A stretch of DNA of 64,000 nt from positions 2,336,001-2,400,000 of the forward strand of contig OY970359.1 in NCBI GenBank assembly GCA_963718665.1. Reading direction: 5' to 3'. The DNA is from an uncultured Phycisphaerales bacterium (lineage in GTDB: Bacteria > Planctomycetota > Phycisphaerae > Sedimentisphaerales > Anaerobacaceae). Each line of letters starts with the position of its first letter. Position 1 is the first letter of the stretch. Under the pieces are notes generated by a model, which made no database searches, was not told the origin of the DNA, and saw only the letters and a program-made list of their open reading frames with translations. This document shows, one piece after another, positions 62,690-64,000 of the stretch. Both the position numbers and the translations under genes were made by a program.

Positions 62690-62975
62690 TTAATAAAAAT
62701 GTATTGATTGAAGGCAGGGTGTATATAATAACTATTTTTTTTGATCATCCGGAACTTTCGCCCAGTCAGGTGGGACTTAAAGCTGTGCCGTTGGTGATTG
62801 AAGATGAGGTTTGGATAGGCGAGGGGGCCGTGATTCTAAAAGGCGTGAGTGTGGGTAAAAAGCAGTCATTGACGTAAATGCCGTCGTAACGAAAGATGTG
62901 TCTGCCTATACGGTTGTAGGCGGAATTCCGGCACGAGTGATCAAGAAAATTGGTATCAGTAGAAGCGAATGAAGA
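62690..62975 (+). pseudogene. Degraded hexapeptide acyltransferase
   Basis: IEDEVWIGEGAVILKGVSVG, then a frameshift (~62858) to [21 protein letters not shown]. Confidence 0.8.
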
Positions 62976-64000
62976 AAGTGTTATTTTTAGCATATTATTT
63001 TCCGCCGATGGGTGGCGGCGGGGTTCAGCGGATATCAAAGTTTTGCAAATACTTGCCGCTGTTTGATTATTGTGCTGTTGTTGTCGCCGCAAAGAGTAAG
63101 TATTACGGTCACCCTGACGATCGTGTTCTAAATCAGGAAGTCAAGGATATTCCAAGATATGATATAGATATAGAGCCGCCGACTATAAATTCCTGCTTTC
63201 AGAGAATCACTGAAAGTGATTTAGGGCGATTTTTTAATTTGCATCAAATCCAATTGACTTATAGAGCTCAAAGAGCAGGGCAAATTGCGATCCAAAAAGA
63301 GAAACCGGATTTAATCTGTGCATCGGTCAGCCCCTTTCCCATGGCGCAAGTGGCCGGAATGCTGTCTGAAAAATATCATATCCCATGGGTGCTGGATATG
63401 CGGGATCCATGGGCTTTAGACCCGATTCAATGCTATGCTACAAAACTTCACTATTACCATGATTTGCGCACAATGAAACGAGCGTGTCGACGGGCAAATG
63501 CTGTGATTATGAATACGCCGGATTCGCTTGATGCAGCAAGAAAAAGCTTTCCAAATATAAATTCCCATAAATTTACATGTATTACCAATGGCTGGGATGC
63601 GGAGGATTTTAAATCGTTTACCTATCCAGGCGTTTTTCGCGATCCTGTAAACCCGATGACAATTGTTCATACTGGCGTCTTCCATACGCGTTCTGCCTTA
63701 TCGCAAAATCTTTCTGCAAAGAAAAGTTTCAAGGATAGTTGGAAGAGGTTAAAAAACGCGGTGAAATACTCCGTGGGCAATTCAAATTTACTGACTCGAA
63801 CGCCAAATTATTTGTTTCAGGCCATTTCGTTCTTGTTGAAACAAAAAAAAATATCCAAAACGGATGTGCGGGTAATTTTTGCCGGAGATTGTACCTCTGA
63901 AGATATAACCTTGGCCCAAATGCATGGTGTTGATGAGATGGTTGAATTTCGAGGCTATTTGGATCACGACCAATCGGTTCAACTGCTGAATAAAGCAGAT
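62969..64000 (+). CDS. GT4 family glycosyltransferase, 3'-partial
   Basis: [21 protein letters not shown]...[10 protein letters not shown]...ITNGWD; runs off the window end. Confidence 0.88.
   Translation, partial: MKKVLFLAYYFPPMGGGGVQRISKFCKYLPLFDYCAVVVAAKSKYYGHPDDRVLNQEVKDIPRYDIDIEPPTINSCFQRITESDLGRFFNLHQIQLTYRAQRAGQIAIQKEKPDLICASVSPFPMAQVAGMLSEKYHIPWVLDMRDPWALDPIQCYATKLHYYHDLRTMKRACRRANAVIMNTPDSLDAARKSFPNINSHKFTCITNGWDAEDFKSFTYPGVFRDPVNPMTIVHTGVFHTRSALSQNLSAKKSFKDSWKRLKNAVKYSVGNSNLLTRTPNYLFQAISFLLKQKKISKTDVRVIFAGDCTSEDITLAQMHGVDEMVEFRGYLDHDQSVQLLNKAD

Overview
This is a bacterial window, most consistent with Planctomycetota (Phycisphaerae/Sedimentisphaerales-like). That assignment is inferred from the ECF sigma/anti-sigma pairs, the PEP-CTERM/EpsI genes and the HTH-receiver regulator. 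The core regions contain an Rrf2-cupin-hcp-ferredoxin-permease operon, two Rcp1-like receivers, a DegT aminotransferase, two ECF/anti-sigma pairs, an archaeal-type aroA'x2-aroB' shikimate entry, YgiQ, a 6S-like RNA candidate, purH, metK, rtcB, a peptide ABC transporter and the start of an EPS/exosortase cluster. There are two tRNA-anchored accessory regions. The first (~7.2-15.8 kb) ends at tRNA-Arg(CCT). It holds two broken tyrosine recombinases, an IS5-like element and a prim-pol replicon with an intragenic inverted iteron array. Its most notable feature is a collapsed CRISPR-Cas relic: an intact promoter precedes a 32-aa ORF resembling the Cas12b N-terminus, coupled to a Cas8e (Cse1) N-terminal fragment, with no CRISPR array. 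The second (~49.8-52.3 kb) follows tRNA-Asp(GTC). It holds a 23-bp perfect inverted repeat, PEP-CTERM genes, an IS200/605-like miniature element, inverted 10-bp iterons and an AAA-ATPase relic. Family calls come from motif recognition only; no database searches were run.
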